Assembly (NCBI GenBank): GCA_045563435.1
Contig: JBJLJD010000001.1
Location: 2,284 to 66,283, forward strand
DNA length: 64,000 bases
Reading direction: 5' to 3'
From: Gammaproteobacteria bacterium
GTDB taxonomy: Bacteria > Pseudomonadota > Gammaproteobacteria > Magnimaribacterales > TMED112
Each line of letters begins with the position of its first letter. Position 1 is the first letter of the stretch. A program made the position numbers and the translations under genes. Of this stretch, positions 46,695 to 55,516 are shown piece after piece. The notes under the pieces are model-generated. The model worked only from the letters and a program-made list of their open reading frames with translations, was not told where the DNA came from and searched no databases.

Positions 46695-48095
46695 ATGTCA
46701 GCAGATAATTTATTTCTTAAAAGTATTTCGAAAATGTTTAATAATGCAATCGAAATTCTTGATATAGATAAAGGACTTGCAAATCAAATTAAATCTTGTA
46801 ATAGCACACATACTATAAGATTCGGAGTTAAATTAGATAAGGGAATTAAAGTATTCACCGGTTGGCGAGCAGTACATTCTGAACATCTTGAGCCTGTAAA
46901 AGGAGGAATCAGATACAGTCCTGCTGTGAGCGCTTCAGAAGTTGAAGCCATGGCAGCTTTAATGACTTTCAAAAATGCAGTAATTGATGTTCCTTTTGGA
47001 GGTTCAAAAGGTGGCTTAAAAATTGATCCATCAAAATATTCTGAGCAAGATTTAGAAAAAATCACAAGAAGATTTACAGAAGAGCTTGTTAAAAGAGGAC
47101 TTATTTCTCCAAGTTTAAATGTTCCTGCTCCTGACATGGGAACTGGAAAAAAAGAAATGGCATGGATAGCTGATGAATATAAAAGACTCAACCCGCATGA
47201 CATTAATGCTTTTGCATGTGTTACTGGCAAACCAGAAAATATGGGCGGTGTTGACGGTAGAACTGAAGCAACTGGAAGAGGAATATTTTTTGCATTAAGA
47301 GCATTTTTTAACTCTGCAGATGTGAAAAAAACAAAAATCAAAGGTCCCTTAAAAAGTCAAAAAATTATAATCGAAGGCCTTGGAAAAGTAGGCTTTTTCG
47401 CAGCTAGAGCTTTAAGTGAACATGGTTCAAAAATTGTTGGAATAATAGAAAAAGATGTTTCCTTCCACAATGCCAAAGGTTTAAATGTGCAAGGCATTAA
47501 AGACTGGCTAGACAATTCAGGTGATGTAAAAGACTGTTCATTTGGAGCAGATATAAAAACAAAGGACCAAGTGTTTGCATCTGATTGTGATATTTTTATT
47601 CCTGCAGCAACTGAGGGCACCGTCACAGAGCAAAATCAAGAACAAATTAAAGCTAAAGTAATTTGTGAAGCTGCGAATGGGCCATTAACTTCACGAGCAG
47701 ATCACTATCTTAATAAAAGAGGTATTTTGATTATTCCAGATTTATATGCAAATGCTGGAGGAGTAGCAGTTAGTTATTTTGAGTGGGTACGTAATCTTTC
47801 ACATATGAGATTTGGAAGAATGGAAAAAAGAAGAACAGAGTATGAAAATGCCTCTCTTATAAATTTAATTGAAAGCTCTACAGGATCAAGGATACCTTCA
47901 AATAAAAAATTATTATTAAGCAAAGGTAGAACAGAACTAGATTTAGTTCGTTCAGGACTTGAGGATATGATGTTTGAGGCATATGAAAACATGAGCGAAA
48001 TTTGGAATGAGAATGACTACCCTTCTCTTAGAACAACAGCCTATATTTATTCAATCAAAAAGCTTATTGAGTCATATAAATCTATAGGGATTTAG
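46695..48095 (+). CDS. Glutamate dehydrogenase (Glu/Leu/Phe/Val family)
   Basis: KGGIRY, VPFGGSKGG, VPAPDMGT, GRTEATGRG, EAANGP and NAGGVAVSYFEW. Confidence 0.93.
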   Translation: MSADNLFLKSISKMFNNAIEILDIDKGLANQIKSCNSTHTIRFGVKLDKGIKVFTGWRAVHSEHLEPVKGGIRYSPAVSASEVEAMAALMTFKNAVIDVPFGGSKGGLKIDPSKYSEQDLEKITRRFTEELVKRGLISPSLNVPAPDMGTGKKEMAWIADEYKRLNPHDINAFACVTGKPENMGGVDGRTEATGRGIFFALRAFFNSADVKKTKIKGPLKSQKIIIEGLGKVGFFAARALSEHGSKIVGIIEKDVSFHNAKGLNVQGIKDWLDNSGDVKDCSFGADIKTKDQVFASDCDIFIPAATEGTVTEQNQEQIKAKVICEAANGPLTSRADHYLNKRGILIIPDLYANAGGVAVSYFEWVRNLSHMRFGRMEKRRTEYENASLINLIESSTGSRIPSNKKLLLSKGRTELDLVRSGLEDMMFEAYENMSEIWNENDYPSLRTTAYIYSIKKLIESYKSIGI

Positions 48096-48172
48096 TGGCG
48101 CGCCAGGGAGGATTCGAACCCCCGACCAATAGCTTAGAAGGCTACTGCTCTATCCAGCTGAGCTACTGGCGC
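48096..48172 (-). tRNA. tRNA-Arg(TCT)
   Basis: GCGCCAGTAGCTCAGCTGGATAGAGCAGTAGCCTTCTAAGCTA...GGCGCGCCA. Confidence 0.97.
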
Positions 48173-48238
48173 TAAGGTAAGTATTCTAATTAACTAAAGT
48201 TCTTTAATCTACTAAAAATACTTATCGAGACCGAAAAT

Positions 48239-48778
48239 CTATCTCTTTTGTATGTCTGGGTTTAATGTATTTAGTTCAATTTTCTTAATATTTTTTTGCG
48301 CTTGTAAATTAAGGATTATTTTTTCTATCTGAGAAAAGTCTTGTACCTTAAAAACACCAGTATTGATAGCTGAAAAATTAGAAGTTAATTCTAAAGAATT
48401 ATTGTTTGCAAATTCCGCTAAATTCTGACTTTCTGAAAACTTTATTATAAGCTTTCCATCAGTAAATTTAATTGAACGATCAAAGTCCTCAACTACATAT
48501 AGCTTCTCTGCTTTAAAAGACGTATCAATAAATTCTTCTAGGACAGATTTATCTAGTTCATACGCATAAGAACCAATGCTTTTTACTCCAAGCAGTAAAG
48601 GGTTTGGCAAAAGAGCATTATTCAATGCTATGGAGTTATAAAAAAACTTATATCTGCTTTCAATTGATGGTCGATTTTTACTCTTCTCAGGGTTTTCTGA
48701 TATTTTTTTAATATCAATTTGTTCAGCAGATAAGTCCATCATTAAAATTAAAGTGATAAATTTAAACAATATTTTCAT
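48239..48778 (-). CDS. Secreted hypothetical protein, candidate external chaperone of the upstream S8 protease
   Basis: Signal peptide; starts 1 bp after the protease stop; C-terminal about 70 aa (GKLIIKF...IELNTLNPDIQKR) reads like a subtilase prodomain-like fold. Confidence 0.6.
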   Translation of the reverse strand: MKILFKFITLILMMDLSAEQIDIKKISENPEKSKNRPSIESRYKFFYNSIALNNALLPNPLLLGVKSIGSYAYELDKSVLEEFIDTSFKAEKLYVVEDFDRSIKFTDGKLIIKFSESQNLAEFANNNSLELTSNFSAINTGVFKVQDFSQIEKIILNLQAQKNIKKIELNTLNPDIQKR

Positions 48779-48779
48779 G

Positions 48780-50594
48780 CTAATTTGAATAAACTTCTAT
48801 TCCCCATTTTGCAGTGCCAGAAGTAGAATCACCCACATAGTCCCGAAACTCTACTGTCCAGACCCCTTCCATATTTTCTCCATAAAAACCTGCAGCCCCA
48901 ATATCAACAGTATAGTTTGAAGGGCTGCTAGCTAAATTTGTATACGGTTGAAGAATTGGAATATATGTTCCAGATGGCGATTGAACTCTTATTCCAACCG
49001 AGTTTGCAATTGTGTGAGTAAAAGAAAAGCTAACTCTTACAAACTCAACTATTCCTGAACCATTTTCAGGTTTAGTTAAAGAAATAGTTTGTGTAACTGT
49101 ACCTTCATCAGGGATTGAGAATATCTCGTCTGGAGTAGTGTAATCAGTTGTAAAAAAACTTCCTAAATCTTGAGAGTTAAATGTTTGAGCTAGAGAAACG
49201 GCAGCAGCACCATCTATTTTTCCGAAGCCATACCAATGATGATGAGAATACCCAGCAGCATTAGTTGTCCACTGATATTGAACAGTATCTTGTTGGGTAT
49301 AAGTTTGATTGAGATCAACTTTTTGGGAAGTTGTTGCGAGGATGTGTTTAACAGCTCTCCAAGTTAAGTTCGGGTTTGCTTCCAACATCAATGCAATTAC
49401 GCCCGCAACAGTTGGGGCTGCTGCTGATGTCCCATTAAATGTTGAAGTGTAATTACAATTTGGATTTTCAGGATGTCCATCTGTGCTTTCAAAAGCATTT
49501 GCAGGACTACCAGTTGAGCCTCCTACATATCCTTTTTCACAACCTGTATCATCTGTTGTCATTACAGCAGGTGTCATTGTGCCGTATTCTCCACCAAACC
49601 CCGCAACCCAAACTGATGGACCTGTAGTTGAATAAGAGGATCTCAGACCGTTTGCATTTAATGAAGAAACTTGAATTATGTGTGGAACACTTTGATTGTC
49701 ATCAATTGCAATAGAGGTGCATGTCAATTTTGTGCCACAGTTTACTCCAGAATTTTCAGCTGGATAATCATTAAAACCATTTCCTGCTGATTGAACATAT
49801 ATTGCACCCTTTCCTCCTCGTAAGTTCTCTACACCGTAAATAAGTGCATCCTCTAATGAAGCTTCCAGGTAATCTGCAAAAGTATATTTTTCTGCCTCTC
49901 CCCCGTAACCCCTGCCATAACTCATATTATAAATGTCTACATTTACTGGTATTGGTGGTTCTGTTCCCCAAGATTTAATTTGATTTTCATAAGTCGAATT
50001 CTCAAGATAATTATATCCAATAAGGGAGGCATCATATGCCACTCCTCTTACTCCAATACCATTCAAGCCTTTTGCTGCAATAATTCCAGCCACAGCATTT
50101 CCATGAGAACCGTCATTTTTTTCATATAGTGGATCTTCATCAGAATTTAAAAAATCATATGAACCCGTAACAATGTTATCTACTAAATCCTCATGAGCTA
50201 TTTCTAATCCATCATCAATAACCGCAACCAATACTCCTTGACCAGTTGTTCCACCATCAGTGACAGTCTCTACATTTAAGTCTTCTCCAGCTGTACCTTC
50301 TAAAACTGCAAAATTATTTTGTCCAGTATTTTTTAAATGCCATTGATACTGATAAAGGGGGTCTGTATCAGGTGTGGGTGCCGGTGTTGGTGCTGGTGTG
50401 GGTGCCGGTGTTGGTGCTGGTGTGGGTGCCGGTGTTGGTGCTGGTGTGGGTGCCGGTGTTGGTGCTGGTGTTGGTGCTGGTGTGGGTGCTGGTGTGGGTG
50501 CTGGTGCTGGTGCTGGCGCTGGTGCACCTCCTCCACCGCCGCCGCAAGCAGCAACGAATATGGCAACACCTAAAATATAAATAATGTTTTTCAA
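48780..50594 (-). CDS. Kexin/furin-like S8 serine protease lipoprotein with P-domain
   Basis: Lipobox FVAAC, Pro/Thr/Ala linker, DPLY..QWHL, triad VIDDG / SHGNAVAG / GTSAAAP, oxyanion SAGNG, YGFGKID and C-terminal P-domain ([12 protein letters not shown]). Confidence 0.92.
   Translation of the reverse strand: MKNIIYILGVAIFVAACGGGGGGAPAPAPAPAPTPAPTPAPTPAPTPAPTPAPTPAPTPAPTPAPTPAPTPAPTPDTDPLYQYQWHLKNTGQNNFAVLEGTAGEDLNVETVTDGGTTGQGVLVAVIDDGLEIAHEDLVDNIVTGSYDFLNSDEDPLYEKNDGSHGNAVAGIIAAKGLNGIGVRGVAYDASLIGYNYLENSTYENQIKSWGTEPPIPVNVDIYNMSYGRGYGGEAEKYTFADYLEASLEDALIYGVENLRGGKGAIYVQSAGNGFNDYPAENSGVNCGTKLTCTSIAIDDNQSVPHIIQVSSLNANGLRSSYSTTGPSVWVAGFGGEYGTMTPAVMTTDDTGCEKGYVGGSTGSPANAFESTDGHPENPNCNYTSTFNGTSAAAPTVAGVIALMLEANPNLTWRAVKHILATTSQKVDLNQTYTQQDTVQYQWTTNAAGYSHHHWYGFGKIDGAAAVSLAQTFNSQDLGSFFTTDYTTPDEIFSIPDEGTVTQTISLTKPENGSGIVEFVRVSFSFTHTIANSVGIRVQSPSGTYIPILQPYTNLASSPSNYTVDIGAAGFYGENMEGVWTVEFRDYVGDSTSGTAKWGIEVYSN
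50371..50526. repeat. Coding tandem repeat (12/24-bp units) encoding a (PAPT)n linker
   Basis: Four perfect copies of GGTGTGGGTGCCGGTGTTGGTGCT at 50371-50466, then five degenerate 12-mers. Confidence 0.95.
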
Positions 50595-50642
50595 AGCATT
50601 CCTAGTTAAACTTATGTTATTACAAATACATTGATTAGTTAA

Positions 50643-50719
50643 TGGTCGGGGCAGCAGGATTTGAACCTGCGACCACCTGGTCCCAAACCAGGTGCGCTAC
50701 CAGACTGCGCTATGCCCCG
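50643..50719 (-). tRNA. tRNA-Pro(TGG)
   Basis: CGGGGCATAGCGCAGTCTGGTAGCGCACCTGGTTTGGGACCAGG...CCCCGACCA. Confidence 0.97.
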
Positions 50720-50775
50720 AAAAGGAAATCATATAAACTATGTTTGCTAACTTCAAGCAAATATTTAACAGATAA

Positions 50776-51618
50776 ATGATTATATTAGATGGAAAAAAAG
50801 TTGCAGAAAAAAGCAATTTAGAAATCAAAAATAAGGTTGAAAGCTTAAAAGCTCATGCGGGTAGAAGTCCATTTCTTGCAGCGATACTTGTTGGAGATGA
50901 TAAAGCCTCCGAAACTTATGTTTCTATGAAAGAAAAAACTTGTCATCGACTGGGTCTAGAATCAAAATCTTTTAAACTTCCTGAATCTTCCTCTACCGAA
51001 GATGTTTTAGGTCTTATAAGAGAGTTAAACAAAGATTCAAATGTTGATGGAATTTTATTGCAGCATCCTGTTCCCAAACAAGTTGATGAAATAAAGTGCT
51101 TCAATGAAATTACGCTTGATAAAGACGTTGATGGGGTGAATACACAAGGCTATGGCAATATGGCTATGGGTATTGAGGCGTTTCATTCATGCACGCCTTT
51201 TGGAATTATGAGGCTCCTTGATGCTTATAAAGTAGATTGCACTGGAAAGTTGGCAATTGTGGTGGGAAGAAGTCAAATTTTAGGTAAGCCAATGTCAGCA
51301 ATGTTATTAAACTCAAATGCAACTGTATTGACTGCTCATTCCAAAACGAAGAATTTAAATGAATTGATATCAATGGGCGATATTATTGTTGCTGCTGTTG
51401 GCAAGCCAAAATTTATCAAGGCTAGTAATTTAAAGAAAGACTCAATTTTAATTGATGCTGGATATCATCCTGAACTAAACTGTGGAGATGTTGATATGGA
51501 AGGGATTGAAAAAATTGTCTCTGCTTATACTCCTGTTCCAGGTGGAGTTGGACCTATGACAATTAATTCACTTATTCTAAATACCGTAAAGTCAATGGAG
51601 AAAAGAATAAATGGCTAA
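50776..51618 (+). CDS. folD: Methylenetetrahydrofolate dehydrogenase/cyclohydrolase
   Basis: ILDGK, DGILLQHP, KDVDG, CTPFG, GRSQILGKP and TPVPGGVGPMT. Confidence 0.96.
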   Translation: MIILDGKKVAEKSNLEIKNKVESLKAHAGRSPFLAAILVGDDKASETYVSMKEKTCHRLGLESKSFKLPESSSTEDVLGLIRELNKDSNVDGILLQHPVPKQVDEIKCFNEITLDKDVDGVNTQGYGNMAMGIEAFHSCTPFGIMRLLDAYKVDCTGKLAIVVGRSQILGKPMSAMLLNSNATVLTAHSKTKNLNELISMGDIIVAAVGKPKFIKASNLKKDSILIDAGYHPELNCGDVDMEGIEKIVSAYTPVPGGVGPMTINSLILNTVKSMEKRING

Positions 51619-53332
51619 GCCCATCCCGTGTTTAGTTGGTTTTGGAGGCCTTACACCTGCAGGCAGAGGCTCTCATAACCTGAGCTATTCTAGAATGATC
51701 TATGATCTTGAATCGGATCAGAATAAATTTAACTATTTAAAGTCAGTATTAACCTTATGCGGTTTAATTGATGAGACAACTGAGGCTCCAGAAATTGAAC
51801 AGCTAATCCTTAGTAAAGAAAATGAAGTTTTAGAAAATACCTTGATGAGAAAATTAGACTATGAGTTTTTTCGGAATACTTTTTGGAGTTATGACTATGA
51901 GATGCCTGCAAATGCATGTGGACAATTACCATTCAGATTAGATCCTGTTACTCATTATGCTTCTAGACAACATCCAAAAGCTCTAGGCATGTCCATTGTT
52001 GGTTTCACTGATGCAATGTCAGATGCTGGTTTTGATTTACGAAAGGAAATTGACTCTTACGGGAGAGATAAAGTTGGGTGTTTTGCTGGATGCGCTGTGA
52101 TGAATATGGATAGATACTCAGGTGATGGTCTTTTTGCGTCTTATCCAATGGGCAAAAGAGCTTCATCTAAACACATATCTTTTACTCTTCCTGAAATGAC
52201 TGCAGATTTTATAAATGCTTACGTAACTGGAAGTTTAGGAATTACCGGACATTTTATTGGCGCATGTGCAACTTCTCTTTATAACCTTAATGCAGGTGTT
52301 GAGCTTATTAAGAGTGGTAAGAGTGAATTGGTTATTGTAGGAGCAGCTGAAGCAATTTTAGGTCCTCCTGCTTATATTGGTTTTAGTGCAATGGGCGCTA
52401 TGGCAACTGATGAGAGGATGACTAATCTACAGCAATTACTTGGTGAAGGAGAAGATCTAGATTACACAAAATTTTGCAGACCATTTGGCGATAACATGGG
52501 TATGGTTTGCGGTGAATCTGCAGGTTTTGCTGTTCTTATGAGTGATAGACTTGCTTTAGAGGTAGGTGCAAATATCAGGGGATGCTTTTTAAATGTAAAT
52601 ATTAATGCTGACGGAAATAAAAAATCTATTTCCGGCCCTGGGGCTGGAAATTATTTTTCAGTGGGTAAAACATTTAAAGATATCGAAACTGTATTTGGAT
52701 CAAAGACTCTTCAAGAAAAAAGTTGTTTTCTTGCCCATGGAACTGGAACTCCTTTAAATAGAATTACTGAATCTCATATTGTTTCAACATTTGCAAAAGA
52801 ATTTGGAATCGAGAATTTACCAGTTACATCGGTAAAATCTAAACTGGGGCATACTATGGGCACTGCTGGGATGGATCAAATTTGGTGTGGTTTAGGAGCA
52901 TTGGAGAGTCAAAAACTAACAGGAATTTGCACGATACCAAAACTTGCTGATGATGTTTTTAAGGATAATCTAGACTTTTTTCTGGAAAATAAAGAATTTA
53001 ACTCTCAAAAAGATATCGCCTTCTTAAATTCAAAGGGCTTCGGAGGAAATAATGCAACTTCTGCACTAATATCTTCAAAACTTACAGAGGAACTTCTTCA
53101 AAGAAGGTTCACAGATAAAGAACTGAAAGCATGGAAAAAGAAACGAGAAGCTACTTTAAAATTAAGAGAGAAAAATTTTGAGCTAGCAGTTAATAGCGAC
53201 ATTGAACCAATTTACGAATTTGACAAAGATGTCCTCGATCTTACTGACTTGGAAATTTCCAAGAAAAATATCAAGACTAAAACTGGTTTTAACTATGCTT
53301 TAAATTCAGATTTAACAAAATCTGATTTTTAA
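51611..53332 (+). CDS. Beta-ketoacyl synthase, FabY-like (long KAS I/II type)
   Basis: N-terminal P.LVGFGG..PAGR.S, GQLP, HPKAL.M, Cys-His-His triad (GACAT, AHGTGT, GHTMG), NADGNKKSISGPG and NSKGFGGNNAT. Confidence 0.8.
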   Translation: MAKPIPCLVGFGGLTPAGRGSHNLSYSRMIYDLESDQNKFNYLKSVLTLCGLIDETTEAPEIEQLILSKENEVLENTLMRKLDYEFFRNTFWSYDYEMPANACGQLPFRLDPVTHYASRQHPKALGMSIVGFTDAMSDAGFDLRKEIDSYGRDKVGCFAGCAVMNMDRYSGDGLFASYPMGKRASSKHISFTLPEMTADFINAYVTGSLGITGHFIGACATSLYNLNAGVELIKSGKSELVIVGAAEAILGPPAYIGFSAMGAMATDERMTNLQQLLGEGEDLDYTKFCRPFGDNMGMVCGESAGFAVLMSDRLALEVGANIRGCFLNVNINADGNKKSISGPGAGNYFSVGKTFKDIETVFGSKTLQEKSCFLAHGTGTPLNRITESHIVSTFAKEFGIENLPVTSVKSKLGHTMGTAGMDQIWCGLGALESQKLTGICTIPKLADDVFKDNLDFFLENKEFNSQKDIAFLNSKGFGGNNATSALISSKLTEELLQRRFTDKELKAWKKKREATLKLREKNFELAVNSDIEPIYEFDKDVLDLTDLEISKKNIKTKTGFNYALNSDLTKSDF

Positions 53333-53334
53333 GG

Positions 53335-54285
53335 TTAATTCTTTGAATCCCATTTGACCAAATAGGATTTTTCTTTGCTTGAAGCATAATAAGTTCTACT
53401 TAAAATCTCACCTATCACTCCCAAGCTTATAAACTGAACACCAACAACCGTAAAAATTGTTCCAGCAATTAGAAGGGGTCTATCGCCTATGTCCATCGAA
53501 TAAACAAATTTAATAAAGATTAAATAACTAAGAATTGCAACACCTACAAAAGTCATCAATAAACCAAGAAAGCCAAAAAAATGACCTGGTCTACTGAAAA
53601 ATCTCATAAAGAAATAAACAGAAATAAGATCTAAAAAAACTCTAAAAGTCCTAGAAATCCCATATTTTGATTCTCCCGCAATCCTTGGATGATGGTCAAC
53701 TACTAATTGATCAATTTTTTTGGCAGAAACTTTTGTTGCCATCCATGCTGGAATAAATCTATGCATTTCACCATAAAGTTTTACCTCTCGTAAAATTTTT
53801 GCATTATAGGCTTTAAGACTACACCCATAATCATTGAGTTTGACACCAGTTATGGCTCCGATTAGCTTATTTGCTATGTAAGATGGTAGATTTCTAAATA
53901 AAAAATTATCTTTTCTATCTTTTCTCCAACCTACAACTAGATCTAAGTTTTCATTAATTAACTTATGAAGCAAGTTTGGAATATCTTTTGGATCATTTTG
54001 AAGGTCGCTATCAAGAGTCACTAAATATTTTCCTGAAGCATTATCGAAACCAGCCTGTATTGCTGATGTTTGTCCAAAGTTTTTCGATAAAGATATAATC
54101 CTCAAATTTTTTTGTGATTTTGAGAGTTTTTGTAATAAATCAAATGAGCCATCATCACTTCCATCATCTACCAATATCAATTCCCATTTCCATGCTTCTT
54201 TATTTAATGAATCACTGACTTGTTTTATAAAAAGCTCGAGGTTATCTTTTTCATTAAATACAGGTGATATTATTGAAATGTCCAC
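53335..54285 (-). CDS. GT2 polyprenyl-phosphate glycosyltransferase (ArnC/GtrB/DPM1-like)
   Basis: PVFNE, VDDGSDD, NFGQTSA, LDSDLQNDP, DYGCSLK, HRFIP and two C-terminal TMs. Confidence 0.9.
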   Translation of the reverse strand: MDISIISPVFNEKDNLELFIKQVSDSLNKEAWKWELILVDDGSDDGSFDLLQKLSKSQKNLRIISLSKNFGQTSAIQAGFDNASGKYLVTLDSDLQNDPKDIPNLLHKLINENLDLVVGWRKDRKDNFLFRNLPSYIANKLIGAITGVKLNDYGCSLKAYNAKILREVKLYGEMHRFIPAWMATKVSAKKIDQLVVDHHPRIAGESKYGISRTFRVFLDLISVYFFMRFFSRPGHFFGFLGLLMTFVGVAILSYLIFIKFVYSMDIGDRPLLIAGTIFTVVGVQFISLGVIGEILSRTYYASSKEKSYLVKWDSKN

Positions 54286-54812
54286 TTCTTTATAATCCTT
54301 TTATAAATTTCATAAAATAAAATGCCAAAAATTAATCCAAGGGCTGCACCTATTATAACTTGGCTTAGAAAATGTTTTATCAGAAATACTCTTGAGAGAC
54401 CTACCAAAATTGATACTAAAATTAAAATAGAAGTTATTAATAAATTTCTTTCTATTAAAAAGAACAAGCTTGTAAATAAGAAAAAATTCAAAGCATGATT
54501 TGAGGGCATGCCAGTTTTCTGATCTCCACAAAGGCTTTCTAAAATACCTTCACTAATTAGAAATTCTCCATTAGTTCCAAAACAAGGCCTTTCCTCTGAT
54601 AGTATTTCTTTTAACAGAGCCCCAAGAAAGTCACCTATGAGAATAGCTAGAATAATGAAAACAAAAACCCAAAACTTTTTTTTAAAAAAAAAATAAATTG
54701 AGAATAAAAATAGCAGGCTAAATGAAAATAATCTTGTAGAAATAACTAGAAAAAAAGATTCAAAAAATTTGTACTCACTTAACCATACTGTAAAGAGAAT
54801 ATCTGCACTCAT
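54270..54812 (-). CDS. PAP2-family membrane phosphatase
   Basis: K......RP, PSNH and SR.....HFLSQ motifs. Confidence 0.85.
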   Translation of the reverse strand: MSADILFTVWLSEYKFFESFFLVISTRLFSFSLLFLFSIYFFFKKKFWVFVFIILAILIGDFLGALLKEILSEERPCFGTNGEFLISEGILESLCGDQKTGMPSNHALNFFLFTSLFFLIERNLLITSILILVSILVGLSRVFLIKHFLSQVIIGAALGLIFGILFYEIYKRIIKKWTFQ

Positions 54813-55516
54813 TATAAATATTCTGAAATATCAAAAAATAATATACCGACCCATGATAGACCAATGAGCATAAATGAAAAGTATTTTAAAAAAATTGATT
54901 TCTCAACAAACGCTCTAATAAAATTTATATTGAAAATCGCAATGGCCATTAGTACTAAAGCCAAGCTTCCAAGAATATCGGAGAGCCAGTGAGCACCAAT
55001 TATAACTCTACTTAATGCGACAGAGAGTGCTATTAAAATAAAAAAAGAGAAAATAATCTTACTTTCTTTTGATTTTAAATCATTTAGGGCAAATGATAAC
55101 CAAATTAAAATTACGGACAAAACAGTCGCTGCATGTCCACTTGGAAAACTCCCAGCTATGAAAATTGGTTCAAGAAAAATTATCTCATCATTTAATATGC
55201 TTGCAGGTCTTTCAAAAGATAAAATATATTTCAAAAATTGAACATCTAAACCAATACATAGAGCAGGCACTATCATAAGTTGAACAGGCACATAGTTGAT
55301 TTTGAATTTTGAAGATAAAAGTGAAAGACAAGGGACCAATATTGCTGTAGCAAAAAAACCATTTCCCATCTCAGTTAAAAAGGAAAAAAAAGTTAAATCA
55401 AAGAGAAATTGATTGAAAAAAATTACAATTTTTGATTCTAAATCTGTAAAAATTTTAAGTATAAGACTCAAGCAGAAAATTATTATTCCTGCAATAAATA
55501 TATGTAATTTACTCAT
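54812..55516 (-). CDS. PAP2-family membrane phosphatase (LpxE/LpxF-like)
   Basis: LKY.....RP, SFPSGHA and SRVIIGAHWLSD. Confidence 0.87.
   Translation of the reverse strand: MSKLHIFIAGIIIFCLSLILKIFTDLESKIVIFFNQFLFDLTFFSFLTEMGNGFFATAILVPCLSLLSSKFKINYVPVQLMIVPALCIGLDVQFLKYILSFERPASILNDEIIFLEPIFIAGSFPSGHAATVLSVILIWLSFALNDLKSKESKIIFSFFILIALSVALSRVIIGAHWLSDILGSLALVLMAIAIFNINFIRAFVEKSIFLKYFSFMLIGLSWVGILFFDISEYL

Noticed and set aside
50333-50584. Four low-complexity ORFs (HQHP, CWCG, VLVW, GAGV repeats)
   Set aside because: They are alternate-frame or antisense readings of the PAPT linker repeat in the S8 protease.
46557-50719. Prophage or integrative element at the tRNA genes
   Set aside because: No integrase, transposase or phage gene and no duplicated tRNA 3' end (att) were found.
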